DNA of 64,000 nt from a virus: IMG/VR virus record IMGVR_UViG_3300007513_000009; one strand, 5' to 3'. Made by a program: the position numbers and the translations under genes. Below are positions 1 to 10,120 of the stretch, piece after piece; the stretch's first letter is position 1, and each line of letters opens with the position of its first letter. A model generated the notes under the pieces. It ran no database searches. It was not told the DNA's origin and saw only the letters and a list, made by a program, of their open reading frames with translations.

Positions 1-1
1 A

Positions 2-790
2 TTTGGGATAAGTTATCCAATATTAGATGGTGGTACAAGTGGTGGTGAAGCTTGGACACTTTATGGAGATGGATACATACCACATAATGTAGTATTAGAT
101 CATAACTACGAAGTTCTCTATACAGCTTCAGGATATTCTGAAGGTGCTATATTGGCTGCTATAGAATTAGGATTATCTTATATACCGAGAGATTTAGACC
201 AAGATGGTATACTGGATTCTATAGATAATTGCATAGACATACAGAACTATGACCAACTAGATACTGATGGGGATGGTATGGGTGACGCGTGTGATCAATG
301 TGACAATTTAGTATTTACAGGTGGGAATGTAGATGGTAATGGTACTATAGATATTTTAGATGTGATGTTTTTAGTAGATATGTTGTTGGGAACTGATACA
401 TATATTTGTGCAGAAGAAGCAGGAGACATAACACAAGATGGTTATTTGAATGTATTGGATGTCATAGGTTTGGTTCAAATTATATTAGGTGGTAATCAGC
501 AACAAGCTATGCAATACTTACAACAGATATTGGATCCAATTCAATTCAAACAATTGACACAAGAATTATTTATGGTAGAGGCACCCAAAGTACTTGTGTG
601 GCCTAATCCATCAAATAGTGTTATGAATATTACTGGTTATGGACATGTTCAGATATATGATATGTTAGGTAGAGAAGTATATAATAATCATTTAAATGGG
701 CATCATATTTGGGATACTCGTAAATTATCAAGTGGTATGTATGCTTTGGTTAATTATGGTGAGGTAGTTATAGTTACTTTATTAAAATAA
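2..790 (+). CDS. Secreted modular protein, 5' truncated: redoxin/thioredoxin-like C-terminal part + TSP3 Ca-binding repeats + dockerin-like domain + T9SS/Por-type C-terminal domain
   Basis: Frame is open from base 2 (FGISYPILD...YIPHNVVLDHNYEVLYT, redoxin-like). Then DLDQDGILDSIDNC/DTDGDGMGDACD (TSP3), paired GNVDGNGTIDILD / GDITQDGYLNVLD (dockerin), and VWPNPS...IYDMLGREV...LSSGMY (CTD). Confidence 0.75.
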   Translation, partial: FGISYPILDGGTSGGEAWTLYGDGYIPHNVVLDHNYEVLYTASGYSEGAILAAIELGLSYIPRDLDQDGILDSIDNCIDIQNYDQLDTDGDGMGDACDQCDNLVFTGGNVDGNGTIDILDVMFLVDMLLGTDTYICAEEAGDITQDGYLNVLDVIGLVQIILGGNQQQAMQYLQQILDPIQFKQLTQELFMVEAPKVLVWPNPSNSVMNITGYGHVQIYDMLGREVYNNHLNGHHIWDTRKLSSGMYALVNYGEVVIVTLLK

Positions 791-792
791 TC

Positions 793-822
793 TTGACTTA
801 TATAGGGTTTTATTGTTATATT
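793..822 (+). promoter_or_regulatory. sigma70-like promoter upstream of DNA polymerase
   Basis: TTGACT-18bp-TATATT; same motif recurs through the window. Confidence 0.7.
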
Positions 823-854
823 TACATATCGAAAATGGGGATTTTATAATCTAA

Positions 855-3389
855 ATGTATCAGAATATTTGGTCTGAGAAAAGAGCGAATAATCAAGTTG
901 AAGTTCACTTATGGGATGATGTAGCTGGTTATCAGAATTTTATATTTAAGAATTATGCCTATGTAAAAGATGGAGGTGGTCAATATCGCTCCATTTATGG
1001 TGATAAGTTAAAAAAAATAAATTATTGGTCAGAAGAAGATTTTAAAACCGGTAAAGTTTTTGAGTCTGATATACCATTGGATACTCGCATTTTAATGGAT
1101 AGATATCCTGATTCTGATGAACCATCCAAAGATCATGTTGAATTATATTTTGATATTGAGGTTGAAGTTACAGATGGATTTCCCCTGCCGGAGGAAGCAA
1201 AGAATAAAATTACTTCTGTCGCACTTTATAATAACATTGATGAAGAATATAAAGTTTATGTATTAGGAAACACACAAGACTTCAGGAGTGAAGCTAAAAA
1301 TTTATCGATTTCAAAAAACAATGTAAGAATTTTTGATTCGGAGTATGAATTATTACAAGCATTGTTGAAGTATTGGGTTGAAATAAAACCAACAATAATT
1401 ACGGGGTGGAATATAGATAAATTTGATGTTCCTTATCTATATAATAGGATGACTCAGTTTTTGGGAATGGATATGGCTAATGCTCTTTCACCAATAGGTA
1501 AAGTTGTTTATAATCAGAATAAAAAGAGATATAGGATAGCTGGTGTTAGTTCGTTAGATTATTTGGAGTTGTATAAGAAATTTACTTTTATAAGTCGATC
1601 TAGTTATCGATTGGATTATATAGGTCAGATAGAAGTTGGTATGGGTAAGGTTGAGTATGAAGGTACATTAGACCAATTGTTAGAAAATAACATTGAAAAG
1701 TTTATTGAATATAACTTAGTTGATGTTAAGATTATTGTAGCATTAGAGAAGAAGTTAAAATTAATTGATTTGGCTAAAGCTGTATCTCATATGGGTAGAA
1801 TACCATATGAAGAAGTATATTTTAGTTCTCGATATATTGAAGGTGCCATGTTAACCTATTTGAAAAGTCTCAACTTAGTTGCTCCAAGTAAAAGATATGA
1901 TGTGAGTTATGATAATTCTCGCGTTGGGTTTAGTGGTGCTTATGTGAAGGATCCTAATCCTGGTAAATATGAATGGGTGTTTGATTTGGATTTAACTTCT
2001 ATGTATCCATCTGTTATTATGTCATTGAATATATCACCTGAAACAAAAATTGGAAGATTAAATGGTTGGGATGCTGAAGAATTTTTGAGAGGGGATGAAA
2101 AAACTTATACAGTAAAAAAGGGGAAGAAAGTCATTCGTAGATTTAGTACTGGTGAGTTGAAAGATTTTTTAAATAAGAATAAGGTATCAATTTCTTCTAA
2201 TGGAGTGTTATATCATTTAGATAGAAAAGGTGTTATACCAGCAATACTTGAAAAGTGGTTTAATGAAAGAGTTGAATACAGAGGATTGGTTAAGAAATAT
2301 AGTAAAGATGGTAATAATGAATTACATGATTATTTTGATAGAAGGCAATATGTCCAAAAGATTCTTTTGAATAGTTTTTATGGTGTATTGGGGTTACCAG
2401 TATTTAGATTTTATGATATTGATAATGCTGAAGCTACTACTACAACTGGTGTTACATTGATTCAATTTACAGAGAAAATAGCTAATTATTATTATAATAA
2501 AATTTTAAAAACAAATGAAGATTATTGTATATATACTGATACAGATTCGGTTTTTTATTCTGCTATTCCATTGATTAACAAAAGATTTCCTGATGCTGAT
2601 TTTGGTGATGTAAAGTTTATGACAAAACAGATTTTGGATATCGCTAGTGAAGTGCAAGATTATATTAATAAATCTTATGATTATTTTTCAAGTAAATTTT
2701 TGAATATTAAGGAAGAACATCGGTTTGACATTAAACAAGAGGTTATTGCTAAGAGTGCTTTTTGGGTAACTAAAAAACGATACGGTCAATGGATTATCAA
2801 TGATGGTGGTACTACATGTGAGAAACTTGATGTAAAGGGATTAGATATTGTTAGAAGTTCTTTCCCACCAGCATTTCAGAAGTTTATGACAAATATATTG
2901 AAAGCTATTCTTCATGATATTGATAAGGAAAAGATTGATAATTTCATATTAGGTTTTAAGAAGAAGTTAGATACTAATGAAATTATTGACATATCGTTAC
3001 CAAGTGGTGTAAAGGGGATTAAGAAGTATTCTTATAAATCAAATAAAGGTGATATCTTTACAAAGATGAAATCTGGAGCTCCAGTACATGTAAAAGCATC
3101 GGTATCTTATAATGATTTATTGAGACATTTTAATGCTAATCATTTGGAACCAATTAGAAATCATAGTAAAATTAAATGGGTATATTTAAAAAGTAATCCA
3201 TTTCATTTAGATACTATTGCATATAAGGGGTATGATGATCCAGATGAGATTATGGATTTTATATCTAAATATATAGATAGGGATAAATTATTTGATAGGG
3301 CATTAACAAAGAAAATAAAAATGTTTTACGATGCTTTGAAGTGGGATATGCCCGTAGATAAACAAAATACAGTAGAAAGATTTTTTTAG
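855..3389 (+). CDS. Family B DNA polymerase (T4 gp43-like)
   Basis: Exonuclease motifs FDIE, GWNIDKFD, YNLVD; polymerase motifs DLTSMYPS, KILLNSFYG, YTDTDS, KKRY; C-terminal PIP-box QNTVERFF. Confidence 0.97.
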   Translation: MYQNIWSEKRANNQVEVHLWDDVAGYQNFIFKNYAYVKDGGGQYRSIYGDKLKKINYWSEEDFKTGKVFESDIPLDTRILMDRYPDSDEPSKDHVELYFDIEVEVTDGFPLPEEAKNKITSVALYNNIDEEYKVYVLGNTQDFRSEAKNLSISKNNVRIFDSEYELLQALLKYWVEIKPTIITGWNIDKFDVPYLYNRMTQFLGMDMANALSPIGKVVYNQNKKRYRIAGVSSLDYLELYKKFTFISRSSYRLDYIGQIEVGMGKVEYEGTLDQLLENNIEKFIEYNLVDVKIIVALEKKLKLIDLAKAVSHMGRIPYEEVYFSSRYIEGAMLTYLKSLNLVAPSKRYDVSYDNSRVGFSGAYVKDPNPGKYEWVFDLDLTSMYPSVIMSLNISPETKIGRLNGWDAEEFLRGDEKTYTVKKGKKVIRRFSTGELKDFLNKNKVSISSNGVLYHLDRKGVIPAILEKWFNERVEYRGLVKKYSKDGNNELHDYFDRRQYVQKILLNSFYGVLGLPVFRFYDIDNAEATTTTGVTLIQFTEKIANYYYNKILKTNEDYCIYTDTDSVFYSAIPLINKRFPDADFGDVKFMTKQILDIASEVQDYINKSYDYFSSKFLNIKEEHRFDIKQEVIAKSAFWVTKKRYGQWIINDGGTTCEKLDVKGLDIVRSSFPPAFQKFMTNILKAILHDIDKEKIDNFILGFKKKLDTNEIIDISLPSGVKGIKKYSYKSNKGDIFTKMKSGAPVHVKASVSYNDLLRHFNANHLEPIRNHSKIKWVYLKSNPFHLDTIAYKGYDDPDEIMDFISKYIDRDKLFDRALTKKIKMFYDALKWDMPVDKQNTVERFF

Positions 3390-3418
3390 TTGACAAATTG
3401 AAAAAAAATGTGTAAATT
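3390..3418 (+). promoter_or_regulatory. sigma70-like promoter upstream of sliding clamp
   Basis: TTGACA-17bp-TAAATT, followed by AGGAG RBS. Confidence 0.55.
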
Positions 3419-3447
3419 AAACAATAATATAAATCATAGGAGATTAT

Positions 3448-4161
3448 ATGAATAAACTATCATTAAATGCTTTTATTCAGAAATACCATCTTGGTGGTAA
3501 TGTAAATTCAGTTACATGGAATTCTGATGGAACGACATTAGCTACTAGATTCATTTCAGGTGATAAGAGTTTGCTTGGTGAACTTTCTTTAGCTAAACAA
3601 AAATTACCAGAATTCGAAGTTGGGGTGTATGACACCACTTTGTTATTTAAAATGCTATCCACACTTTCAGATAAGGTGGATTTTAAAGTTAACGAAGTGG
3701 ATAATCAGCCGGTTAATTTTAATTTTACAGATACAACACTTTCTGTTGATTATGTTTTAGCTGCTACAGGGGTTATACCTGATGTGCCGGAAATGAAAAA
3801 GATACCTGAGTTTGGTACTTCGTTGAATTTAAATTCACAATTTATTACTTCTTTCATTCGTGGAAAAGGTGCTTTGGCTGATGTAGAAACTTTTGCAATT
3901 ACTCCTGTTAGTGGTGGGGTTGAATTCACAATTGGATATTCAGATATGAATTCTAATAGGATTAGTATTGCTGTACAAAGTGGTGCTGTTGATTTAGAAA
4001 ATCCTGTTATATTTAATGCTGATTTATTTAAAGAAGTGTTAAGTGCTAATAAAGAATGTTCTAAAGCTACTCTTAAAGTATCTTCTAAAGGTCTTGCTTA
4101 TATAGAGTTTAAGATAGATAATTTTGTTGCAAAATACTATTTAGTATCACAACAGACTTGA
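3448..4161 (+). CDS. DNA sliding clamp (gp45/PCNA-like)
   Basis: 237 aa, lies between PolB and clamp loader; C-terminal LKVSSKGLAYIEF...AKYYLV pattern of clamps. Confidence 0.8.
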   Translation: MNKLSLNAFIQKYHLGGNVNSVTWNSDGTTLATRFISGDKSLLGELSLAKQKLPEFEVGVYDTTLLFKMLSTLSDKVDFKVNEVDNQPVNFNFTDTTLSVDYVLAATGVIPDVPEMKKIPEFGTSLNLNSQFITSFIRGKGALADVETFAITPVSGGVEFTIGYSDMNSNRISIAVQSGAVDLENPVIFNADLFKEVLSANKECSKATLKVSSKGLAYIEFKIDNFVAKYYLVSQQT

Positions 4162-4162
4162 T

Positions 4163-5071
4163 ATGAAATCACATGGATTATGGGTTGAAAAATATCGCCC
4201 TCAAGACCTATCAACTTATGTAGGTAATGACAATTTAAAAGTTAAGGTTGCTAGATTTATAGAGGAGCAAAATGTACCACAATTGCTTCTTTATGGAAAG
4301 GCTGGTGGTGGTAAAACCACACTTGCTAAAATTATTGTTAATAATGTTGAGTGTGATTATCTTTATATTAATGCATCGGATGAAAGAAACATAGATTTGG
4401 TTCGAGACAAGTTGAAGACATTTGCTTCTTCAATTGGTTTTAAACCAAATAAGATTGTTATTTTGGATGAGGCTGATTACCTAAATCCCAATTCTGCTCA
4501 ACCAGCTCTTCGTAATTTAATGGAAACATTTTCTGTTCATTGTCGATTTATATTGACTTGTAATTATGTTGAAAAAATTATCGATCCATTACAAAGTAGA
4601 TGTCAGACTTATAAGATAATACCACCATCAAAGAAAGAGGTGGCACTTCATGTAAAAGGCATTTTAGAAAAAGAAAATATTGATTTTGATTTGGATGATT
4701 TAGCATTAATAGTAACTGCTGGTTATCCAGATTTGAGAAAAATCATCAATGATTTACAAAGACAATGTATTGATGGTGAGTTGAAAGTTGATAAACAAGG
4801 AATGTTGAATAATGAATTTAAATTATTGTTTATTGAATCATTAAAAAATCGTGATGATATACGGACAATTAGACAGTTGGTGGCTAATAATAATTTTACT
4901 GATTTTACAGAATTATTTAGGTTGATGTATGATGAAGTAGAAAATTTTGCTGATGATAGAATCGCTGAAGCCATAGCAGAGATTTCAAATGGCCTTTATC
5001 AAGATATTTTAGTGCCCGATAAAGAGATAAATTTTATAGCAACAATTTCAAATATGTTAAGGAAAATATAA
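4163..5071 (+). CDS. Clamp loader AAA+ subunit (gp44/RFC small subunit-like)
   Basis: LWVEKYRP, Walker A GKAGGGKTT, INASDER, ILDEAD, SRC motif. Confidence 0.95.
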   Translation: MKSHGLWVEKYRPQDLSTYVGNDNLKVKVARFIEEQNVPQLLLYGKAGGGKTTLAKIIVNNVECDYLYINASDERNIDLVRDKLKTFASSIGFKPNKIVILDEADYLNPNSAQPALRNLMETFSVHCRFILTCNYVEKIIDPLQSRCQTYKIIPPSKKEVALHVKGILEKENIDFDLDDLALIVTAGYPDLRKIINDLQRQCIDGELKVDKQGMLNNEFKLLFIESLKNRDDIRTIRQLVANNNFTDFTELFRLMYDEVENFADDRIAEAIAEISNGLYQDILVPDKEINFIATISNMLRKI

Positions 5072-5319
5072 TGAATATGAAAGCACAAAAACCAATAAAA
5101 CAACCACAACAACAAGTACAAGTTGATTTAACAACTGCTGAAACTATGACATGTGCTGAGTGTGAAAATAAAATTTTTATACAAGGTTATGTGGTAAAAA
5201 GAATATCGGCTATAGTTTCACCTACCGGAAAAGAAGTCATTGCTCCAGTTCAAGTTTTTAATTGTGGAAACTGTGGTGAGATATTAAATATTGGTGGGGA
5301 AATGGATGAACTTATTTAA
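5071..5319 (+). CDS. Small zinc-ribbon protein
   Basis: CAEC...CGNC. Confidence 0.6.
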   Translation: MNMKAQKPIKQPQQQVQVDLTTAETMTCAECENKIFIQGYVVKRISAIVSPTGKEVIAPVQVFNCGNCGEILNIGGEMDELI

Positions 5320-5725
5320 GTGGATTAACGAATTATTTGTTGGAAAGAGGGATTGGAATACATTTACCGATGATGATAAAAAAACCTTTAGTCCATTTAT
5401 GATTAATCGATATTTAAGTATGAAGGAAGATTATTTACCAATAGTCAATCATTTTCAGAAATTTACAATTCTAACGATGCCACATAGTGCTGTGTATCGT
5501 TTCTACTGTAATCTTTTGCCAAAGCAAAAGGTTTATTTAAAATATATGAGTGGTAATAAAAGAAAAGTGAATAAAGATTTGATTGGCTATTTGGTAGATT
5601 ATTTTGAAGTAAGTACTCGCCAAGCTTTAGATTATTATGATTTATTTAACAATAGTGATTTAAAATCTATATTGAGGGAATATGGAAAATCTAAAAAAGA
5701 AATGAAAACAATGGGATTAAAATGA
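5306..5725 (+). CDS. Clamp loader small subunit (gp62-like)
   Basis: FSPFMINRYLS motif; located next to gp44-like gene. Confidence 0.75.
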   Translation: MNLFKWINELFVGKRDWNTFTDDDKKTFSPFMINRYLSMKEDYLPIVNHFQKFTILTMPHSAVYRFYCNLLPKQKVYLKYMSGNKRKVNKDLIGYLVDYFEVSTRQALDYYDLFNNSDLKSILREYGKSKKEMKTMGLK

Positions 5726-6621
5726 AGTGTTTAGTTACAGGTGGTGCTGGATTTATTGGTTCTAACTTAATTAAGCGATTGGTAAGTGATGGGCACAAGG
5801 TTGTATCATTGGATAATTATTCTACTGGTAAGAAAGAAAATGAAGTGGATGGTTGTCAATATTTTGAAGTCGATTTATCAGAGGTAAAGTATTATTCGTT
5901 TTTTCAAGACAAACCTTCTGTGATTTTTCATTTAGCTGCATTGTCTCGTATTCAACCATCGTTTGATGATCCAGAACAAACATTTAAATCTAATATATAT
6001 TCTACTGTTAATATAATGGAAGATGCGAGACGAAATCAAATACCTGTTGTATATGCTGGAACATCATCTGTGCATGGTGATAAATATATTAATCCATATA
6101 CATTTACAAAGTGGCAAGCTGAAGAGATAGTAAAAATGTATAGCGAGTTATTTGATATACCAAGTTGTATTTGTAGATTTTATAATGTTTATGGGCCAGG
6201 GCAGACTACTGAAGGGGCTTATTGTAATGTTCTTGGAGTCTTTGAAAAACAATATAGAGAAGGTAAGCCATTAACTATTACGAGTGATGGAGAACAAAGA
6301 CGAGATTTTATTCATGTTGAAGATGTAGTAGATGGGATGGTAAGGTGTATGCAGGCTATGCATGGTGTTGTGGATAGGAGATTTTCTGGTTGGTCATTTG
6401 AGTTAGGGTCTGGAAAAAATTATTCAATTAATGAAATAGCTAAGGCGTTTTCAATCATAACGCCTATGGGTAGTGGTGAATATCCAACTAAATATATTGA
6501 TGCTAAATCAGGAGAGATGAGAGAAACTTTATGCACAGATGGTACAGCTAATGAGATATTAGATTGGAATCCTAAAGGTGATATAATAGAATATATAAGA
6601 GAGGAGTTGGTAAATGAGTAA
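5722..6621 (+). CDS. NAD-dependent sugar epimerase/dehydratase
   Basis: TGGAGFIGS, YTFTK (YxxxK), RFYNVYGP, RDFIHVED. Confidence 0.92.
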   Translation: MKCLVTGGAGFIGSNLIKRLVSDGHKVVSLDNYSTGKKENEVDGCQYFEVDLSEVKYYSFFQDKPSVIFHLAALSRIQPSFDDPEQTFKSNIYSTVNIMEDARRNQIPVVYAGTSSVHGDKYINPYTFTKWQAEEIVKMYSELFDIPSCICRFYNVYGPGQTTEGAYCNVLGVFEKQYREGKPLTITSDGEQRRDFIHVEDVVDGMVRCMQAMHGVVDRRFSGWSFELGSGKNYSINEIAKAFSIITPMGSGEYPTKYIDAKSGEMRETLCTDGTANEILDWNPKGDIIEYIREELVNE

Positions 6622-6970
6622 ATTGTTATATGCTCTTATTGCATGTTTTTTTGCTAATATAATAGCATTTGTGCAATTACAAGGACATTATGTTTGGCCT
6701 AATATTAAGTGGTTTAAAGAACAATGGTTTGTTATATTCTTGAGTGCTTTTATTGCCCCAGCTCTTTGGTATTCAACAAAATGGTCTTTTGAACATTTTG
6801 GATTTTTTTGGAATTTTAGATTAATTGGTTTTGGTATAGGAACTATAGTTTTTGGACTATTGGCTTGGCTTTATTTAGATGAGATACCTACAATGAAAAC
6901 TATTATTTCTTTAATATTAGCATTATGTATTATTTTAATACAACTTACTAATTTAGAACAAATAAAATGA
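6614..6970 (+). CDS. Small 4-TM membrane protein (DMT/SMR-like)
   Basis: Four hydrophobic segments in 118 aa. Confidence 0.5.
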   Translation: MSKLLYALIACFFANIIAFVQLQGHYVWPNIKWFKEQWFVIFLSAFIAPALWYSTKWSFEHFGFFWNFRLIGFGIGTIVFGLLAWLYLDEIPTMKTIISLILALCIILIQLTNLEQIK

Positions 6971-7597
6971 ATGTCGGTTACAGAATATACGGTTGAACAA
7001 ATACCAAGAAAAAGTATTGTTAAGTTTATTGAAAAACACCATTATTCACATAATGTAAATGGGGTTCAATCGTTATACCACTTTGGATTATTTAGAGAAG
7101 GTAACTTTGGTTTGCCAACAATGATAGGGGCTATGATGTATGCTTATCCGTCTATGCCAGCAACGGCAGCTAAGTATAATCCTATCAATCCTAATAAGTG
7201 CTTAGAATTAAGAAGATTAGTATGTGTAGACGACACATTTAAGAATACAGAGAGTTATTTTATTGGACAAACATTTAAGTGGTTAAAACAAAATACAGAT
7301 ATGGAGGTGGTAGTTTCTTTTGCTGATAAACATTATGGGCACACCGGTGTGATATATAGGGCTACAAATTTTGAATATTTAGGAGAAACTTCTAAAGGAA
7401 TTATATTGATGGTTGATGGTAAGGAAATGCATAGTAGATCTATGAATCAGAGGAAAAGGCCATATAGTAGAGAGATAAAAAGGCGCTATGATAGTGGCGA
7501 CAAAAATATCTTTTTTAAAGATAGAGATTCAAAAAATATATATGTGTATTATTTGAATAAAAAAATTAAGAGAAAAATAAAGTCTTTGAATAAATAA
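6971..7597 (+). CDS. Mom-family GNAT DNA (adenine) modification enzyme
   Basis: FIEKHHYSH, LELRRLV, NTESYFIG, VVSFADxxYGHTGVIYRATNF motifs. Confidence 0.85.
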   Translation: MSVTEYTVEQIPRKSIVKFIEKHHYSHNVNGVQSLYHFGLFREGNFGLPTMIGAMMYAYPSMPATAAKYNPINPNKCLELRRLVCVDDTFKNTESYFIGQTFKWLKQNTDMEVVVSFADKHYGHTGVIYRATNFEYLGETSKGIILMVDGKEMHSRSMNQRKRPYSREIKRRYDSGDKNIFFKDRDSKNIYVYYLNKKIKRKIKSLNK

Positions 7598-7613
7598 ATA
7601 TAGAGGTTATATT

Positions 7614-8009
7614 ATGGATATAAAAGAAACAGATTTAACAGATTATATGCCAAAAGAATTGAATCAAAAAAATCACATAGTTGAACAGATGGAAGAAGAA
7701 TGGCCAGAAATGACAAAGGAATTTAAGAAAATACAAAAAGAACAATATGTATTATTTTTACACAAACAACACGATTATGGTCCTGGTAACATTTCCGTAG
7801 GTACACAATTACAAACAGAAGATGAGGTTCATTTATCACTTACTGGATTATGGTTTAGGATGAATGATAAGATACAGAGATTAAAAAATTTGTTAATGAA
7901 TAACCGAGAATCAGCAGTTGAAGGTGAACCAATGGAAGATGCATATTTAGATGTATCGAATTATGGAATTATGGCAACAATTGTCAGTAGAGGAAAGTGG
8001 GGTAAATAA
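7614..8009 (+). CDS. Nucleotide-modification-associated domain protein (DUF1599-like)
   Basis: KQHDYG...RMNDKIQRL...DAYLDVSNYGIM. Confidence 0.75.
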   Translation: MDIKETDLTDYMPKELNQKNHIVEQMEEEWPEMTKEFKKIQKEQYVLFLHKQHDYGPGNISVGTQLQTEDEVHLSLTGLWFRMNDKIQRLKNLLMNNRESAVEGEPMEDAYLDVSNYGIMATIVSRGKWGK

Positions 8010-8617
8010 TGAATGAAAAATATTGGGGTGAAAAGAAACCACCTAAACCAAAAAGTGCACAACCAAATGGTAGTAAACCAGATAAATTTATATCAGTTCA
8101 TGAGAATAAGATTTATTATTATGCTAATGTAAATAGAGAAAGTGCAGTAGAACTCAATAAAAAGGTAGGTGAGTTAGAATCTAAAAGTTTAACGATGTCA
8201 AAAACTTTAGATGTGGACACACCATCTGTAAAAGTATTGATAAATTCAGGAGGTGGTTCAATTACTGCTGGTATTTCATCTATGGATACTATATTGAGGT
8301 GTAAAGTTCCAGTTGAAACATATGTGGATGGATTTTGTGCGAGTGCTGCCACATTTATTTCTGTGGTGGGTGATGGTCGGTTTATGAGTAGAAATTCTTA
8401 TATGTTGATTCATCAGTTAAGTAGTAATTTTTGGGGAACATATGCTAACTTTGAAGATGAGAAACAGAATCTTGATTTGATGATGAAAACTATAAAAAAT
8501 GTATATAAGAAATATACAAAAGTTCCAATGAAAAAAATTGATGAAATATTGAAACATGATTTAATGTGGGATGCAGAGACTTGTTTGAATTATGGGATGA
8601 TTGACGAGATAGTATGA
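8009..8617 (+). CDS. clpP: ClpP-family serine protease
   Basis: INSGGGS, CASAAT (catalytic Ser), MLIHQ (His), YGMIDEI. Confidence 0.88.
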   Translation: MNEKYWGEKKPPKPKSAQPNGSKPDKFISVHENKIYYYANVNRESAVELNKKVGELESKSLTMSKTLDVDTPSVKVLINSGGGSITAGISSMDTILRCKVPVETYVDGFCASAATFISVVGDGRFMSRNSYMLIHQLSSNFWGTYANFEDEKQNLDLMMKTIKNVYKKYTKVPMKKIDEILKHDLMWDAETCLNYGMIDEIV

Positions 8618-9483
8618 GTTTAAAATCAATATCACATTCACAGTTTACATCCTATAACGAATGTAACCTAAAGTGGAAACTTCGTTATATAGATGAATTG
8701 AGTATAGGTAGTGGTAACATTTACACTATATTTGGTTCTGCTATGCATTCTGTTATACAAAGTTATCTTACTGAATTTTATAATAATACTATAAAAGATG
8801 CTGAAAAATTACCATTGGATTTGATGTTGAAGAATGAGATGATAAAAGAATTCACTAAAATTAGAGAAGAGCATAATGTTGATGTTTGTAGTCAAGATGA
8901 TATGGTGGAGTTTTATCAAGATGGGGTTGAGATAATTAAAGATTTTAAGAAGCATAGAGCCAAATATTTTATGAAAAATAATTATGAATTAGTTGGTATA
9001 GAACTTCCTATATTTACAAAGTTGCAGCCTGGAGTAGAGTTTAGAAGTTTTCTTGATGTGGTGATAAAGAATAAGATTAATGATAATATAAAGATTATAG
9101 ATTTAAAAACTGCTACTCGTGGTTGGGTGCATTATCAGAAGAAGAATTTTTATAAGACATCACAATTAATTCTATATAAACAATTTTATTCAGATAAATT
9201 TGATGTTCCATTAGATAAGATAAATGTGGAGTTTTTAATTCTTAAAAGAAAGATACCGAAAGATCCTGATTGGCCTGTTAGTAGGATGCAGAGATTTGAA
9301 CCTTCACATGGAAGTGTTACTCTTAATAAAGTTAATAAGGCATTTCATGAATTTCGTGAATTGATATTTGATTCAAAGGGAAATTATAGAATAGATAGAA
9401 ATTATCCAGCAAAACCAGGTAGTGCTTGTAAATTTTGTGAGTTCTATGATACGGAGCATTGTGAATGGGGAAAGATACTTTAA
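8614..9483 (+). CDS. PD-(D/E)XK nuclease (RecB/Cas4-like, with Cys cluster)
   Basis: SHSQ...C, FGSAMH, LDVV, IIDLKT, QLILY, CKFCEFYDTEHC. Confidence 0.85.
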   Translation: MSLKSISHSQFTSYNECNLKWKLRYIDELSIGSGNIYTIFGSAMHSVIQSYLTEFYNNTIKDAEKLPLDLMLKNEMIKEFTKIREEHNVDVCSQDDMVEFYQDGVEIIKDFKKHRAKYFMKNNYELVGIELPIFTKLQPGVEFRSFLDVVIKNKINDNIKIIDLKTATRGWVHYQKKNFYKTSQLILYKQFYSDKFDVPLDKINVEFLILKRKIPKDPDWPVSRMQRFEPSHGSVTLNKVNKAFHEFRELIFDSKGNYRIDRNYPAKPGSACKFCEFYDTEHCEWGKIL

Positions 9484-9881
9484 AAGTAGGAATAGTAGGT
9501 AGTCGTAAATACGAAAACCGACAGAAGATTAAAGAGTTTATATTTAAACTGAAGAATGATAAGGGCACTGATACAGTAATTGTAAGTGGTGGGTGTCCAC
9601 AAGGTGCCGATTTTTATGCTAAGAAATATGCTTTAGAGTTGGGTTTACAATATGAAGAATATCCACCAGCACACACATCACATAATCTATATTGTCCATT
9701 ACATGAAAGAAATTATGGAAAACCATATAGTGTAAGGAATTTCTTTGCCCGTAATAAACAGATTGCAATTCATTCAGAGTATGTTGTGGCATTTATTCCA
9801 AGAGGAGTTAAATCGAATGGTTCGATGTCTACTATAAATTATGCTAAAAAATTTGGTAAAAAAACTCTTATTATTGAATAA
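9465..9881 (+). CDS. SLOG-superfamily (YspA/DprA-like) protein
   Basis: IVGSR, VSGGCPQGAD, ARNKQI, GSMSTINYAKK. Confidence 0.8.
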   Translation: MGKDTLKVGIVGSRKYENRQKIKEFIFKLKNDKGTDTVIVSGGCPQGADFYAKKYALELGLQYEEYPPAHTSHNLYCPLHERNYGKPYSVRNFFARNKQIAIHSEYVVAFIPRGVKSNGSMSTINYAKKFGKKTLIIE

Positions 9882-9919
9882 TATATATATATTTATATAT
9901 ACATAATGGGAGTTATATA

Positions 9920-10120
9920 ATGGAAGATACGAAAGTAAAACTTACATCCGTGAAGGTTATAGAAAGTCTATATAGAGATTTTAAAACAAAGACTGTTAAT
10001 TCTACAATGAATTTACAAAAATTGGTAAATAGATCAATGCATATGTATCTAAGAGAAAATATTATAAAAGAAAATTTTGAAACTTATGATGCATTATATA
10101 TAAGTGGGAGTAGATTCTAA
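9920..10120 (+). CDS. Small protein, possibly ribbon-helix-helix DNA-binding
   Basis: LTSVKV strand followed by two predicted helices; RBS GGGAG. Confidence 0.4.
   Translation: MEDTKVKLTSVKVIESLYRDFKTKTVNSTMNLQKLVNRSMHMYLRENIIKENFETYDALYISGSRF

Noticed and set aside
855-3389. Intein or intron in the DNA polymerase
   Set aside because: Continuous 844-aa ORF with normally spaced motifs.
4163-5071. Archaeal or NCLDV origin suggested by the RFC-like loader and PIP box
   Set aside because: Bacterial sigma70 promoters, SD sites, deformylase, porin, lipoprotein and lytic transglycosylase indicate a bacteriophage.
8614-9483. Cas4 as evidence of CRISPR-Cas
   Set aside because: Stand-alone Cas4/RecB-like nucleases are common in phages; no array or other cas genes.
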